A stretch of 64,000 bases of DNA from Eledone cirrhosa (GCA_964016885.1 OZ024742.1:131378001-131442000); one strand, 5' to 3'; counted from the stretch's first letter, positions 1 to 18,153 are shown. Notes: generated from the sequence alone by a model not told the origin. A program made the numbers and translations.

Positions 1-4011
<4,011 letters not shown>

Positions 4012-5126
4012 AAATTATAAAAATAGACAAAGAAGCCTTCAATACATCAAAAATCTTTATTAGCCTACAATGCTTCGTCCCATTAATCATGCCAATTAAA
4101 CAGGTAAGAAGCATTAACGGCCAGAACAATTAAACAGATGAGAAGCATTAGGTCAATTAAGAAGCATCAGGCAATTAAACATATAAGAAGCATTAACGGC
4201 CAGAACAATCCAAAACTCAGAAGAATAGGGAATTCATATCTATGAAAGCTTATGAGAGATATGAAGGAAAAGCAAGCTGGTATAAAAGGGGCTGGTATAC
4301 CATATAGCCTTAATTGGCGAATAGTAGCACACTCTAATCACCTATCAACACACACTAAATTCTGTAACCATTGTATCCTAGAGACCCATTCTATAATTTT
4401 CTCTAGGAGCATACTGCTTAATAGAAAATCTGAGATATTTTCTTCCTGTCCGCATGCCATTTCTAATTCTTTCTTCTATTATAGACATAAAAGTTCCGGT
4501 AGTTTAAACCGTATCCATTGGCTGCTATATTTCCCTATCTCTTTGGTTTTAGTTCATTTTTATTACCATTATTATTAAGTTTCCACGGTTGTTTCGATTT
4601 TCGAATTTTATTTTTTATAGTCGTATTAGCTACCTTATCATATCTATCATCTTAAACATTATTACATTTTTACTCAATATTATCGCCTAGTAAGTTTGTA
4701 TCTTATTGAATAGTTTAATTTTGAGTCTCCTACATCTAAAACCAATGAACCTCCTCCTTTACACACTTCATATTCGCCCCTTTTTATTATATTATATATT
4801 AATTCTACTTTTGTACTCCTTTTTATTATATTATATTATATATTAACTTTTACTTTTATGATCCTTCCTATCCTCCATAGTTTCACTTCTTTCTGTTACC
4901 ATTGGTCTACCATAGTTTTATTTAAATTTTTTTCTTTGATAACGTAATTCATATGCTCGGATCGTAATATATATTATATTATAGTTTTTATTGAAATATC
5001 CTAATTTTATACGACTTTGATGAATTAAACTTTATTCCCTTTAGACTTACTAGTAATATCCTTTAGGCAATTTTAATATTAATTAATTTAATAAGGTTTT
5101 CTATTCAACTCTTTAGTTAGAATAAT

Positions 5127-5314
5127 AATTGTTTCTACTTTAGGCACAAGGCCAGCAATTACCCAGTACATTACTGGTACTTTATTTTATCGACCCCGTA
5201 AGGATGAAAGGCAAAGTTATCCTCGGCGGGATTTGAACTCAGATCGTAAAGGGACGTAACTGTGCTGGAAAGCATGGCGTCCGACCCTCTACGGATACTG
5301 CCAATCCACCGCCC
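5127..5314 (-). mobile_element. tRNA-derived SINE (octopod-type)
   Basis: Minus strand GGGCGGTGGATTGGCAG..GAGTTCAAATCC (B box)..TTTGCCTTTCATCCTTACGGGGTCGATAAAATAAAGTACCAG..GTAGAAACAATT; near-identical copies at 34090 and 34681. Confidence 0.85.
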
Positions 5315-6383
5315 TTTTAATAATACCTTCTATGTTTACATAATGAATCGTTATACCTACGTACTGTGCTTGTTTTTTTTGTTTTTGTTCTTCGTTTTAT
5401 TTTATTTTATTTATTTTTTTACTACCACGTGATGTCTGTCTTCCTATCATCATCATCATTACTTCTTCACTACCACTTGCTGCTTTGTCTTCTTATAATA
5501 TGCTTTGCATAATAACTTGCCTCCCTATATTAATATAATATATTATTCGCGTAAATATCTCTTAAACATTTTCAATTGACTCTGCCAGTCTGCTTTTATA
5601 TTTTTATATCATTTATCATTATAATATTAATATTTATATATCATATTATTTCTATGTAATGGATTTATACGTATTATTTTATGTCTGATTTTTAAGGTAC
5701 GGTTTTGTTATATTTTATAATATTTTGTAATATTTTATAAATGTAAACTGCATATACCCCTATATACTTATTATCAATACTTTATGTACTTATATATTTA
5801 TGTATATATATATATATTTTTCAACATACTCCAGTTTTATTAAGATATTTTTTCTTGCCCTTGTAAAACTTTATACAACTTGTTGACATTAAGTGTAATG
5901 TATGACGTAGTTTTGTATATTTTTCATGTCTGTATATTAATATATTATTTCTTGTATAGCTTATTTTTTGTATAGTTTATTTTCTGTATAGTTTATGCGC
6001 ACCGTCAGGGAGTTTTTATTTTTATTTTATATTATAAAGAGTATATTTATACTTATTAAGTATTAGTATGTGTTTGTGTAAATGCATATATATATGTGGA
6101 TATATATATATATACATATATTAAGCTTTATTACCCATTATATTGTATTGTAATTCTCATATTATATTACCATGTTGTATTTAATGTATTTGTATCATAC
6201 TGTAATTTCAACGTGGGTTTGACATTTTACTCACTTCCTTGCCATATAATCTATTTTTGTAACTGCAAACTTTTAGCTTTAGCATGCTTTTCCATCATAT
6301 CTCTCATAAGCTTTCATAGATATGAATTCCCTATTCTTCTGAGTTTTGGCTTGTTCTGGCCGTTAATGCTTCTTATCTGTTTA

Positions 6384-6431
6384 ATTGGCCTGATGAGTCC
6401 TTATTAATGGGACGAAACATTGTAGGCTAAT
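6384..6431 (+). ncRNA. Minimal type-I hammerhead ribozyme motif in PLE pLTR
   Basis: attggc-CTGATGA-gtcc ttattaatg ggac-GAAA-cattg-TA-ggctaat; helix I register imperfect. Confidence 0.75.
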
Positions 6432-6531
6432 AAAGATTTTTGAGGTATTGAAGGCTTCTTTGTCTATTTTTATAATTTTTCGGCTCTGTTGTATTACATT
6501 GAGCTATATCCTATACTGTCATTTCTATATT

Positions 6532-6604
<73 letters not shown>

Positions 6605-6957
6605 AAATATTTCGTATCTCTAAAGCAATACAGGTTTCGGAAGCCGTAGCTATGCAAACACCGGGCTGCTAACGCCCTCTCGTGATGTCCAGGCAGAAGC
6701 AAGGGGGACAACCGTCTATGTATTACAGGCTTAACTGGCCTTCGTCAAGACGGTCGCTCCCGCCGCTTGCGACTGCTGGACAAGAAGACAGCTGAGAAGA
6801 CAGTTGAAGAAGGCCCCCGGTCTTTGCATAGCTCCGGCTTCCTAAACCTGTATTTCTTTGGAGATACCAAATATTTATACATATTGTATAAAGTTATGCT
6901 TGAAGCCAAATCCTATTTCCTTTTTATTATAAGTTCAGCCCACTTATGCAGCTTCAT

Positions 6958-7007
6958 ATGCAAATGAGATTAATCACCTCATTTACATAGACCAGAGAAG
7001 TATATAT
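6958..7007 (+). promoter_or_regulatory. Octamer ATGCAAAT plus TATA-like box (putative promoter, family A)
   Basis: ATGCAAAT 6958-6965; TATATAT at 7001; same spacing recurs in families B and C. Confidence 0.5.
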
Positions 7008-7051
7008 TCTCAGCTGTCTTCTAGTTCAGCAGTCGCAAGCGGTGGGAGGGA

Positions 7052-7093
7052 CCGTCCTGACGAAGGCCAGTTAAGCCTGGAATGCATAGACGG
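7052..7093 (+). ncRNA. Minimal type-I hammerhead (family A)
   Basis: ccgtc-CTGACGA-aggc cagttaa gcct-GGAA-tgca-TA-gacgg: 5-bp helix I, 4-bp helix II, palindromic helix III; GAAA reads GGAA. Confidence 0.75.
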
Positions 7094-7241
7094 TTGTCCC
7101 CCTTGCCTCTGCTGGACATCACCAGAGGGCGTTAGCCTCCCGGTGTTTGCATAACTACGGCTTCCTAAACCTGTATATCTTTGGAGATAAGAAATATTTA
7201 TACATATTGTATAAAGTTATGCTTGAAGCGAAATCCCATTT

Positions 7242-7317
<76 letters not shown>

Positions 7318-7334
7318 TATATATATGTATATAT

Positions 7335-7510
7335 CTAAGTATGTACACGTACATACATATATGTAAACAGACGTACTGTAGTATGTATATATATATACAT
7401 ACATGCACACATATATATATGTACGTATGGATTCACCAGCAACCATCGTATATTTAAGTAACAGCCGTACTAAGAGTGGGAAATGAAATTTCGTTTCATT
7501 TTTTCCGTTT
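7335..7510. mobile_element. Fragment of hammerhead family B (3' end plus inverted piece)
   Basis: TTTAAGTAACAGCCGTACTAAGAGTGGGAAATGAAATTTCGTTTC matches 30030-30075; 7335-7430 matches 29330-29465. Confidence 0.7.
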
Positions 7511-8833
<1,323 letters not shown>

Positions 8834-9057
8834 ACTACCTGCTGATCTCGGTTGCACTCGGGGCTACTCGGGTCCACTTTTTATTAAGTTAATAAGTTGA
8901 GGGGCGACGTGAAGAGACTGGTTTGACAGAGAGACGTTGGGTGGAATAGGGTTCAAAGATGTTATTGCAGGGCATCTTTGTAGACAACTTTCCTGGTGTT
9001 GCCCGGGTTACCACAAATGAAGAGATTGTGTGGACTGCCGACGCGGGATCATTCGAC

Positions 9058-11585
9058 TTATAGTTGACCATGGGTAAATACCTGCTGTGTTAGATTTAGG
9101 CCAACCACTTGCAGCGATTGTCCTTGTTCTTTGTTAATGCTCATTACAAAGCAGAATTTTATGGGAAACTGCCGTCGCGTAAATTCATAGGGGACGTCAG
9201 AGGGACTAAGGCTCATAGGGGTAATTAACCTGCCCACGCCAGCAGCGGGTCCGCTCAAAATGGTTGTCTCCAGAATTTGCGTCCTTATTTTTTTAATGAT
9301 TATACGCGTTCCGGTGCATAGTTCTGGTGCATCCAGGTTCCTCAGCAGCATAACAGGCACACCAACCTTCATTTTCAGATCATGAGGAGGAAGTCTTGGA
9401 GGTAGTTGACTGTTGAGGAATTCAATTGGGCAGATGACGGCGTCGTCCGCGTTTTGATTGGTGTCAATCGACTTGAAGGAGACTTGATTTCAGGAAATCT
9501 GATCGAGTAGTTTTTGGTTCATCACGTCAACAGTGACATTGTGTGGTGCCAAAATAGCTCTCCCTTTCAGCCAGGTGTGATCATGGAATCGTATTCAAGG
9601 TATGGAAATACAAATGACATTAATTCGTCAATGTTTGACACAAAGTTTCCAACAGGCTAACGGATATGCTGTTCATCCACTCCAGGTGTAGTTCTATTAC
9701 CAACTTCCAGTAGATGTTTTGAGAAATCGATGGAGTCTGCATCACCATGCACATGTACTCTCATGTTGGTAGTCAGATGTAGTTTGTGGATATACTGCCA
9801 TACGTAGGACGACTTAATGCATGCGTTCACTTCGTCAGCTCTAGTGCCTCCAGTGATAACAGGAAGAGCCTGTCGGAAATCGCCAGCCAGCAGTACTGTC
9901 GCTCCACCCATGACGCGTGAGTTCCGACGCAAGTATTTGATAGTTCGATCCAGAGCCTCAAAGGCCGCCTTGTGACTCATGGTAGCCTAGTCCTATATGA
10001 TCAGGCAGCACTCAGCAAGAAGATGTGCTTTAGGGTCACCACGATCTATTCTACAGGTAGGATTCTCCTTCTTTGCAATGTCCAAAGGCAATTTGAATGC
10101 GGAGTGTGCCGTACGACCGCCATGTAACAGTGTTGCCGCCATACCACTGGAGGCGACAGCTAAAGCAACCCGCTTGTCTTTTCGTAGCTTCGCAAGCAAA
10201 AGGTTGATGAGAAAAGTTTTTCCTGTTCCGCCAGGAGCATCCAGGAAAAATAGTCGTCCCTCATTTGAATTGACACTGGAGAGAATTCTGTCATATGCCC
10301 GTCTCTGGCCATGCAAAAGTCTGGGTTCGTCCTCAGCTACCTGATGTGTCATATCGTCGATGTTGTAATTTAACTCACGCATGAACTCCACATCTAAAGC
10401 ACTGTGAGTGTTTCGAGGTTGTGGCAAACCGAAATCAGATACACCGAGCTTTAAGATGGTTGTCCGTGTCGATGAGGGCCTCATCGTACACCGCGTCGTT
10501 GAAAGCAAAGCCAGCCGATGGATCTTCTGCTCGTAGTCTACGGAGGATGTCCTCTGATATGTTGTCCTTATGCGTTTCCCAAAGCTTAAGGGGCTCATCT
10601 ATGCCGCAGAACAATAGCATTATGCAAAACAGACGTCTCATTTCTCGAGGTATCTTACATTCAGCAGCCTCTGTCAACGCCACGTTCAGGTGGGCATCAT
10701 CCTCGAGTAGCCCGCACTTCACGCACGCGTCCCTGTAACTGGAACAAATGTGGCCATCGAAAAGTCTTAGGTCGGCGAATGACTTAGGCCCTTTGATTTG
10801 ATGCAGCAACATTCGCAGGAAAAAAGCATTCTTGTTGCTTCGGATGAACATTGTACACGCGTCCGATGGCATTACTTCTGAAGACACCTACCCAATCCTT
10901 AATTTTTCCCCCTTGTCGCCGCCGAATCCATTTTTTGTTCGACCAAGTGAAGTAGGTAGGTACATCGACGTAAAAAAGGGTAACTGCAAACGTATCGAAA
11001 AATGCGGTAAGCGTCGTCTCAGGTGGCTGTTCGGCAGCAGCCGATGCGGTTTCGTCAGTGAAATAAACGCGTTGACCATTCTCTAAGTGAACATCCAAGT
11101 TAACAACTGCTGGATAGCACCGGTGAATTTCAAGCCCCAAAATGCACCAAGCCGCCATATTGGACGAAATGTGTCTTCCCATCATGAACTGAGTAATTTC
11201 GTCTTTTGATTCTACGCCATCACTGAGGCCAACCACCGCCATGTCGCTGCATTTGTTGATGTATTTGCAGATGTATTTAATGCTTTTAACAGATGTGCAG
11301 GACTACACATTGATGTGAGCATTACAAATTTTAGCAAGCAAAGGGCTGCAAGGCACCACCCAGCTGTTGTCAATGTCGTATTCTTTCCCTTTCTTCTTAA
11401 TCCTAACCGAAAGGCCGCCAAAATCAGGAGCACGCCTCCGGTAGATGGGGTAGCCGTCAACCCTAGTGCAAGTTTCCCTGGTGAAGGCTCTGGGGTAGTG
11501 TTTGGTGCATTTGTTCCCCTCCATGCATACATTTTGGCTGTTAAGGGCACCACAGGGTCCATGTATCATATTAGCCAGCACAACG
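9058..11585 (-). pseudogene. Helitron RepHel (Rep C-terminal part + PIF1-like helicase), frameshifted
   Basis: MIHGPCG..CTKHYP..GYPIYRRR..DNSWVVP; HLENGQRVYF; Walker A FLDAPGGTGKT; GGRTAHS; GDFRQ; QFPI..SINK.QGQSL..FTHGQL spread over several ORFs. Confidence 0.93.
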
Positions 11586-12109
11586 TTTCAATAAAAAGTT
11601 GCATTAAAAAAGGGAGGCATTGAATGTAAAATGCTAAGCTAAAAGCGAAAAGTTAATGTCATTGTTTACGTATAATGAATTAAAAATGCTTCACTAAAAG
11701 ATGGATATAAAAGTATTTCAGGTTAAATAGTATAGGGAGGTGTGTAGGATACATACATACGTAGACATGATATATAAATATCTTTATATCAGTATCGTGT
11801 GTATGTGTGTGTGCTATGCGAGCGACGATAGACAAAGATATATAACACGTTACTGAACGTTAAATAAAGTTTGCTGGTCCCACTCTGTCTCTCTGTCTCT
11901 CTTTCTCTCTCTCTCTCGCTCTGAATATCTAACACTTTAATTGTATCTCTCTCTGTCTAACGGCCTATCTCTCTCTGCAGTGTTTTCATATAGGGAGTGA
12001 AGAGCGACAGAGAGAGTATAGGAAGTTAAATTATAGAGAGGGGGAATGATCTATTATAGAGAGAGGGAAGAGCGACAGAGAGAGTAAAGCTAACAAGCTA
12101 TATCTATAT

Positions 12110-13989
12110 CTAGGACGGGTAAAATTCCCGAGATCCATGGACGAGTTCTCTCCAGCGGTCTCTGTCGCTCATTATAGCTGCCATGTCCTGCGTCTCTAAC
12201 AGACCAGTATCTGTCCTTCGGACATCAACATACGTTAACCTTGGTCTTCCTCTTCCAGTGCGTCCACGTAGGGGCTCCCACTGTAGCATTGAGTGCAATG
12301 TCGACTCTAGATGTTGGTGAGCATGTCCATCTAAAGTCAGTCACCTCTGTGTCACTTTTGAGCTGACTTTTGGGAGGCACCCATACAGCTCTGAGTTTTT
12401 CATCCTCAGTGTATACTGATTAATGTTTAGAGCCATCCTCAGCATTCTCGTGTAGCACCCATCCACCATCTGAGGGAGTTTCTTGGTCAGTGTCCAAGTC
12501 TCAGACCCGTACAGTAGCACAGACTCCACTCCAGCAATGAAGAGGCGAATTTTCAGGTCTTTACGAAGGTCCGACTTCCACACCGATGTCAAGCTGTAGC
12601 ACGCCGCCCAGGCTTTGCTCTTCTTCTCAACCATATCATCTTCCGTTTTCCCAATCTTTGCTCCTAAATACAGGAAGTCCTCAACGAATTCTAGCGGCTT
12701 CCCGCCTACATTAGTGATCCCCTCTGGCTTCTCAACATTCTCTACCAGATATTTTGTTTTAGTCTCATTCATTCTCAGCCCCACACTCATCGACACAGTC
12801 TCAACCTCCTGCGTCAAATCCTCTGCCTCCTTCACTGTATTTGTCACCAAAACTATGTCGTCGGAAAATTCAGCATCTGATATCTTTTTCGCCTTAACTC
12901 TCCTGCTCTGAGCCGGTGCTACAGTAAAGCCAGAGTCCTGGTGTTTCTCCAGTGCAAGGCGCATACAATAGTCCACTACGATGATAAAAAGGTAGGGAAC
13001 CAATGTATCTCCCTGGAGCACTCCAGCCAGTATCTCAAATAACTCTGTAATCCCATCAGGTGTAATGACTTGGGCTTTGGTGTTGGTGTAGAGCAGTGAT
13101 ATCAGGTCCACTATCTTCTTACCTTAAGCCTGTAAGATCTTCATCAGGCAGTTACGGTTCACAGAATCAAAGGCCTTCCTAAAGTCAATGAAAACCATGA
13201 CTGCAGGAAGTCACTTTGCTCTAGCTCCCTCTAATATCCTCCTCAGTATCAGGCATCAGGATGTGACTGGTGGTTGATCTTCCCGCTCTGAAGCCGTTCT
13301 GGTTGTCTCTGAGCCTCTTCTCCATCTCAGGCTGGATCCTGTTAAGAAACATCCTGTTGAGGGTCTTTGCCACAAGTGACGTCAGTGAGATGCCCCTGTA
13401 GTTGTTGGTGTTAGAGAGATCTCCCTTCTTTGGCACTGGGACGATGTTACTGATTCTCCACTGATTCGGAGCAACTCCTTTCTCCAGTGCCTGGTTACAG
13501 AACCCCAGGATGATATCAAAATCACACCGCTTGATCACCTCTGAAGCCACTCCATCTTCTCCGTGAGCCTTGCCTTCCTTGATCCTCTTCTTGGCTCTCT
13601 GAAGCTCCCCTCTGGTGAAGGTCTCTGTTTCAATATCCAGTTCTTCAAACAGCCACCTGATCTCCCCAGTGCTCTGGGCTGTGGAGGGTGGCTCTCCTAA
13701 AATGGTCTAGCCATTTCCTCTTCCTATCCTCGGGCTCTGTTCCATGGATCTGACTCGAACATCTCTTCCTCCCTGTGATCTCGTTGATGATCATCCAGCT
13801 CTCCTTACATCCAGACCTGTCAACCGCTCTCTCGACACTTCTGATCTTCTCTATCAGTGCCTTCTCTCTGGCCTCAGTGTAAGCGGTACAGAGTTCTTCC
13901 CTCATCATCTCCACAGTCTCCATCCTCTCCTCCGTAGGATCAGCATAGAATTGGTCCTTGGCAGCTTTCAGGTGTTCTATGGCCTGGCT
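12110..13989 (-). pseudogene. LINE reverse transcriptase region (frameshifted)
   Basis: VPKKGD..NYRGISL..QNGFR; GVLQGDTLVPYLFII; FSDD (FADD); YLG; VESVLLYGSETWTLT; DGCYTRMLR. Confidence 0.92.
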
Positions 13990-14124
13990 CCAGTTCGGGA
14001 GTTCAGGAGCTGTGGGGGAATGTGGAGTTACCCCTTAGTTGTCATAACTCCCAGGTCTGCTCTGTCCCGGCGTAGTAGTACTTGTTAGGGCCCTATTTAT
14101 GCGTTAAATAACTACCTTATTCGA

Positions 14125-15344
14125 GTGGCGCCGGTAAGGTATTGTCAGCCATTGAAAATAAATATGGCGAGTCTATCTAACAGCACTAGGGTTAGTGCCC
14201 CTAATTACACTGTCAAGGAGCAGTATGATCGTTATGACTCTGCTGGCTTAGAGCCACAGAGAGGGCCAGTGGATGATGGATCAGCTGTCTCTGAAACAAA
14301 TATAAAGAATGCAGTTTTGTCCTGCAGAAGAGCCATCAAAATGGGCACTTTGAATGTGAGGACTATTCGGACGCTGGAGAAGAAAGAGGAGTTGGGACAT
14401 CTGTTCGAGGAGAGTGGTATACAGATACTTGCGATCCAAGAACACGGGATCCTACATGATGAGCCCGTGAGAAGTGTGATGATTGGGAAGATGAGCCAGC
14501 TCATCAGCACATCGGCAGTGAGGAACATGACCAATGCTGCAGTGGGAGGAGTGGGTTTTGTTTTCATCACAAAAACCAGCCTATGGTGAGGGAAATAATG
14601 CCTGTCTCCTCGCGAGTGTTGAGGGTGACCTTCAATGGAAACACAAGACTGACACTCACCGAAGGAGACAGTGATGTGAGTGCGGAAGAGTTCCATGAGG
14701 AGGCGTGTAGAGCTGTCAACACCACACAAGCACACAACAACCTGCTTGTTTTGGGGGACTTCAATGCACATCTGAGTAAGGAGGGCAGTGAAGATCCTTG
14801 CTGGTACTGCCATAACAACACCAACAGAAATGGAATACTACTGAGAGACACCCTGCTGGAGGTGAACTTGAGAGCGACCAACCTAAGGTTGAGGAAGAAT
14901 CCGGGGAAGATGTGGACTACATCTCAGATATGCACCTGTCCAACTCCCAGATTGATTTCATTCTGGTGAGGAAAAAGTGGTGGAATAGTGTTCTGAACAC
15001 AGAACCATACAACTATTTCAGTACACTGGGTAGTGACCACCGGCTTGTTATGAGTGAGGTCTGGGTGAGCTTAAGAAAGAGCAAGGCTCAACCCCGGAGA
15101 GCAATCTATGACTGGGGAGCTTTCAAGGAAGATGATAAGCTACAGGAGAGGTTCACAGTGGAAGTGAGGAACAGGTTGGGTGCTCTGTGTGGAGAGTTAG
15201 AGGAGAGAGAGATTGGATGGACTGAGGAGAGTGTGACGAGGAGGTACGGGCACTTCACCAATGCAAGTGGCGGAAGCAAGTGAGACCCTGGTGCCGAGGA
15301 GAAAGAACAAAAGGAAGCACGTCAGCTCTGCAGACCCAAAAGTG
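14125..15344 (+). pseudogene. LINE apurinic-like endonuclease region (inverted 5' part)
   Basis: GTLNVRT, AIQEH, GGVGF, GDFNAH, NRNG, IDFILV, SDH motifs. Confidence 0.9.
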
Positions 15345-15555
15345 TGTAACAAACTATAGGGAAGTAAATTCGATAGAAAAAGAGCGTTTTTTTGCCCTAG
15401 AGACCACATTTTTCAATTTAGAGAACCCCATGTAGACAGGTCGCTTCCTCGGCACCTTGACATTAATGTGTAAATTTTCATGACAATCAGAGTGTTGGTA
15501 CTACCCTTTTACCTTATCCAGGCACGACTCAGACAATTTTCGCCCATTTCACATT

Positions 15556-15596
<41 letters not shown>

Positions 15597-15597
<1 letters not shown>

Positions 15598-15741
15598 CAA
15601 AGGAATTGTGGTAAGGAACCGAATGGACCATAACGCACCAGAGTACTCAATACTTAGGGTAGTAGAGTGGGAAATAGGACTAGTCCAGAAATAGCCGTCG
15701 AAACGGCTTGATCTCTGCCGTCGGGGGTCACACTTGTTCCT
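15597..15741. mobile_element. Short repeat family E, internally inverted copy
   Basis: Same sequence as 22131-22313, with its 3' part inverted; (TA)n flanks. Confidence 0.7.
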
Positions 15742-15751
15742 ATATATATAT

Positions 15752-15809
<58 letters not shown>

Positions 15810-15829
15810 TGAGTTAGATATCGGTACTT

Positions 15830-16605
15830 TGATGACAAAGGCGACAATTCGGATTAGACTGTTTTGTGTGGGACAACGTTTGTGCTAAAAATATGAAAGT
15901 CCACATCACCACAAACATCAAGAGCTCTCCCCCATCCGGTTACATTTGCCGAATCCTAGAATAATGACCATTTCAACATCCGTGAAACACACCAGCAATC
16001 GTCTACGAGTCTGAAGTTACATTCACTGGGCCAAATCAATAGAAGGGGTCAAAAGATATGTAGATATGTCGGAGAGTTGATTTGAAGAACGCTTCCTTAC
16101 CATTAGACGCTTTAGGCGTTTTAATAATCGCTAATCTCCGAAGCTGGTAAGCCACATATAATCACTCAATCAAAGATGCAGACGTGTATTTCTACATTTA
16201 ATGAAAGTTCTAACATAATCGAGGCCTTACGGAAATGGAGTAGTGTCCTGTAAGTTGTGCATTGATGAAAGACTGCCTTAACACGAGAGCCGATTTTTGT
16301 AATTGATCCTCCGCGTAACTGGAATGGCCAAGGAGAACCAGAAGTTTAACCCAGACTGAACTACCATAAGCGATCGTTCATAGTTTAATTTGTTGTGTCT
16401 CCCTTCTCGTAAAACTGCCAGCATCTGCCACGGAGAATCTAGCCAGCTCATGCATATTTCCGTAATTACAATAACCATAGATGAGGTGAATATTCGTGTG
16501 GTGAAACACGTGCCCCCAATTATGGCTTGCTAAATTGTTGTGGAACAATACCGAACTCGTCTTTTCTACTGAGTGCTCAACCAACTTCGGACATAAACTC
16601 CCGGC
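15830..16605 (-). mobile_element. Highly decayed CR1/L2-like LINE 3' fragment
   Basis: Weak motifs on minus: YGYCN (LDYCN-like), IPVTRRINYK, LAIIKTP..GKEAF. Confidence 0.35.
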
Positions 16606-16609
16606 TTTT

Positions 16610-16692
<83 letters not shown>

Positions 16693-16695
<3 letters not shown>

Positions 16696-17125
16696 CAAAT
16701 GTAATCTGAGTTTTTCGAATATTAATATTAATATTCGATTCGTTTGCAATTATGCAAACAAGCCTAATTTTTAAACCCATATCAGTAGAATGAGCCCCTC
16801 ATTCTTGCTCTTGTGCTGGCATGTGAACAGAACTCCAGACACTAATGTTTCTCGGTATTATCCTTCATCAGTACAGTTCACTGTTCACCTGCCAGCTGTT
16901 AGAGCTAGTGAAAATATATGATCCTTTCTGAAATATACAGTGACTGATCGGCCTCATTTGCATATTAACAGATTGCCTGATCATTCAGATCTGCATATTA
17001 GCAGATCTACTGATCAGTTTACATGCCAGCACAAGAGCAAGAATGAGGGGCTCATTCTACTGACATGGCTTTTAAAAATAAGACTACATTTATTGTATTC
17101 AGCCGTGTAGAGCGAATTAAAAAAA
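16693..17125 (-). mobile_element. Short hammerhead element family C with inverted partial copy
   Basis: 16770-16828 is the reverse complement of 17017-17080; hammerhead, octamer and TATA-like box on minus; (TA)n flanks. Confidence 0.7.
16831..16879 (-). ncRNA. Type-I hammerhead (family C)
   Basis: Minus: gaactgta-CTGATGA-aggataataccga-GAAA-cattagtg-TC-tggagttc; helix II imperfect. Confidence 0.7.
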
Positions 17126-17254
17126 AAATGTTTTTATATATATATATATATATGCATGTTAGATATTTCCGAAGAAAAAGCAAAGGAAAAAAGAGTGCTC
17201 TATGTATAAAACAGAGCCATTAAATTAGAAGGTGAACAACACAATATATAACTA

Positions 17255-17322
17255 CTCCATTACCATAGGTTTCAGGACCCTAGACAATATTAACATACGT
17301 CTAGTGCGCTCATCAGACAGAG
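17255..17322 (-). ncRNA. Type-I hammerhead with extended helix II, in a small inverted-duplicated element (~17200-17385)
   Basis: Minus: ctctgt-CTGATGA-gcgca ctagac..gtctag ggtcct-GAAA-cc tat gg-TA-atggag; 17324-17380 is an inverted copy of 17225-17280. Confidence 0.7.
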
Positions 17323-17383
17323 GGGTCCTGAAACATTTGGTAATTGAGTAGTTATATATTGAGTTGTTGACTTTCTAACTAAA

Positions 17384-17418
<35 letters not shown>

Positions 17419-17442
17419 TTAGTTATAAAGTCAACAAAACAC

Positions 17443-17478
<36 letters not shown>

Positions 17479-17480
<2 letters not shown>

Positions 17481-17747
17481 CACCTTGACCGACCAGTTTG
17501 TCGGGCGTCCATTCGGCGCCGCTGGTCACAGCACGTCGTGCTGTTCTAGCCATAATTAAAACCATCCCACTGGCTGGGCGGGCAGGCCGGTACGACCTCA
17601 TCTCATTTCTACAGCTGAGTAAACTGGAGCAACGTGAAATAAAGTGTCTTGCTCAAGGAAACAACACATTACTCGGTCCGAGAATTGAACTTAGAACCTT
17701 TCGATTGCAAGCCCAAAGCTCTAACCACTAACCCATGCGCCTTCACC
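17479..17747 (-). mobile_element. tRNA-derived SINE with CORE-like central domain
   Basis: Minus: GTGAAGGCGCATGGGTTAGTGGTTAG..AGTTCAATTC..TCCTTGAGCAAGACACTTTATTTCACGTTGCTCCAG. Confidence 0.8.
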
Positions 17748-17784
17748 ATATATATACATATATATACATATATATATATATACG

Positions 17785-17822
<38 letters not shown>

Positions 17823-17913
17823 TATATATACATATACATATATATATATACGTATATATATATATATGTATATATATATAAAAAAAAAATATATATTGTA
17901 TTTATGTATTTAC

Positions 17914-17987
<74 letters not shown>

Positions 17988-17988
17988 G

Positions 17989-18023
<35 letters not shown>

Positions 18024-18024
18024 G

Positions 18025-18077
<53 letters not shown>

Positions 18078-18088
18078 GTATGTATATA

Positions 18089-18153
<65 letters not shown>

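Larger units (their letters stand above)
4008..6510 (+). mobile_element. 5'-truncated Penelope-like element (Nematis-type 3' end) with inverted terminal (pLTR) copy at its 5' side
   Basis: 4252-4470 encodes YSLNWRIV..KFCNHCILE..LLNRKSEIFSSCPH, the C-terminus of PLE GIY-YIG endonucleases. 4008-4275 is a rearranged reverse complement of 6283-6480, which holds a hammerhead. Flanked by (TA)n. Confidence 0.75.
6598..7245 (+). mobile_element. Short hammerhead element family A (retrozyme-like, ~325 bp unit) with inverted partial copy
   Basis: 6601-6797 is the reverse complement of ~7007-7203; 6820-6925 is a direct repeat of 7145-7245; (TA)n on both sides. Confidence 0.75.
12091..15358. mobile_element. 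Near full-length RTE/RTEX-type LINE with 5' inversion and 12-bp TSD
   Basis: TSD taacaagctata (12091-12102) / taacaaactata (15347-15358); (ATATAG)n tail on minus near 12100; RT on minus, APE on plus. Confidence 0.88.
8834..15565 (-). mobile_element. Decayed Helitron with nested LINE
   Basis: RepHel coding remnants; 3' hairpin/CTRR-like ends at 8835-8870 and 8980-9007; 5'-end-like TATATAAATGTGAAATG near 15545-15565. Confidence 0.75.

Noticed and set aside
17660-17747. tRNA gene (also at 51332 and 34681)
   Set aside because: tRNA-like heads run into SINE bodies and lack a full cloverleaf.
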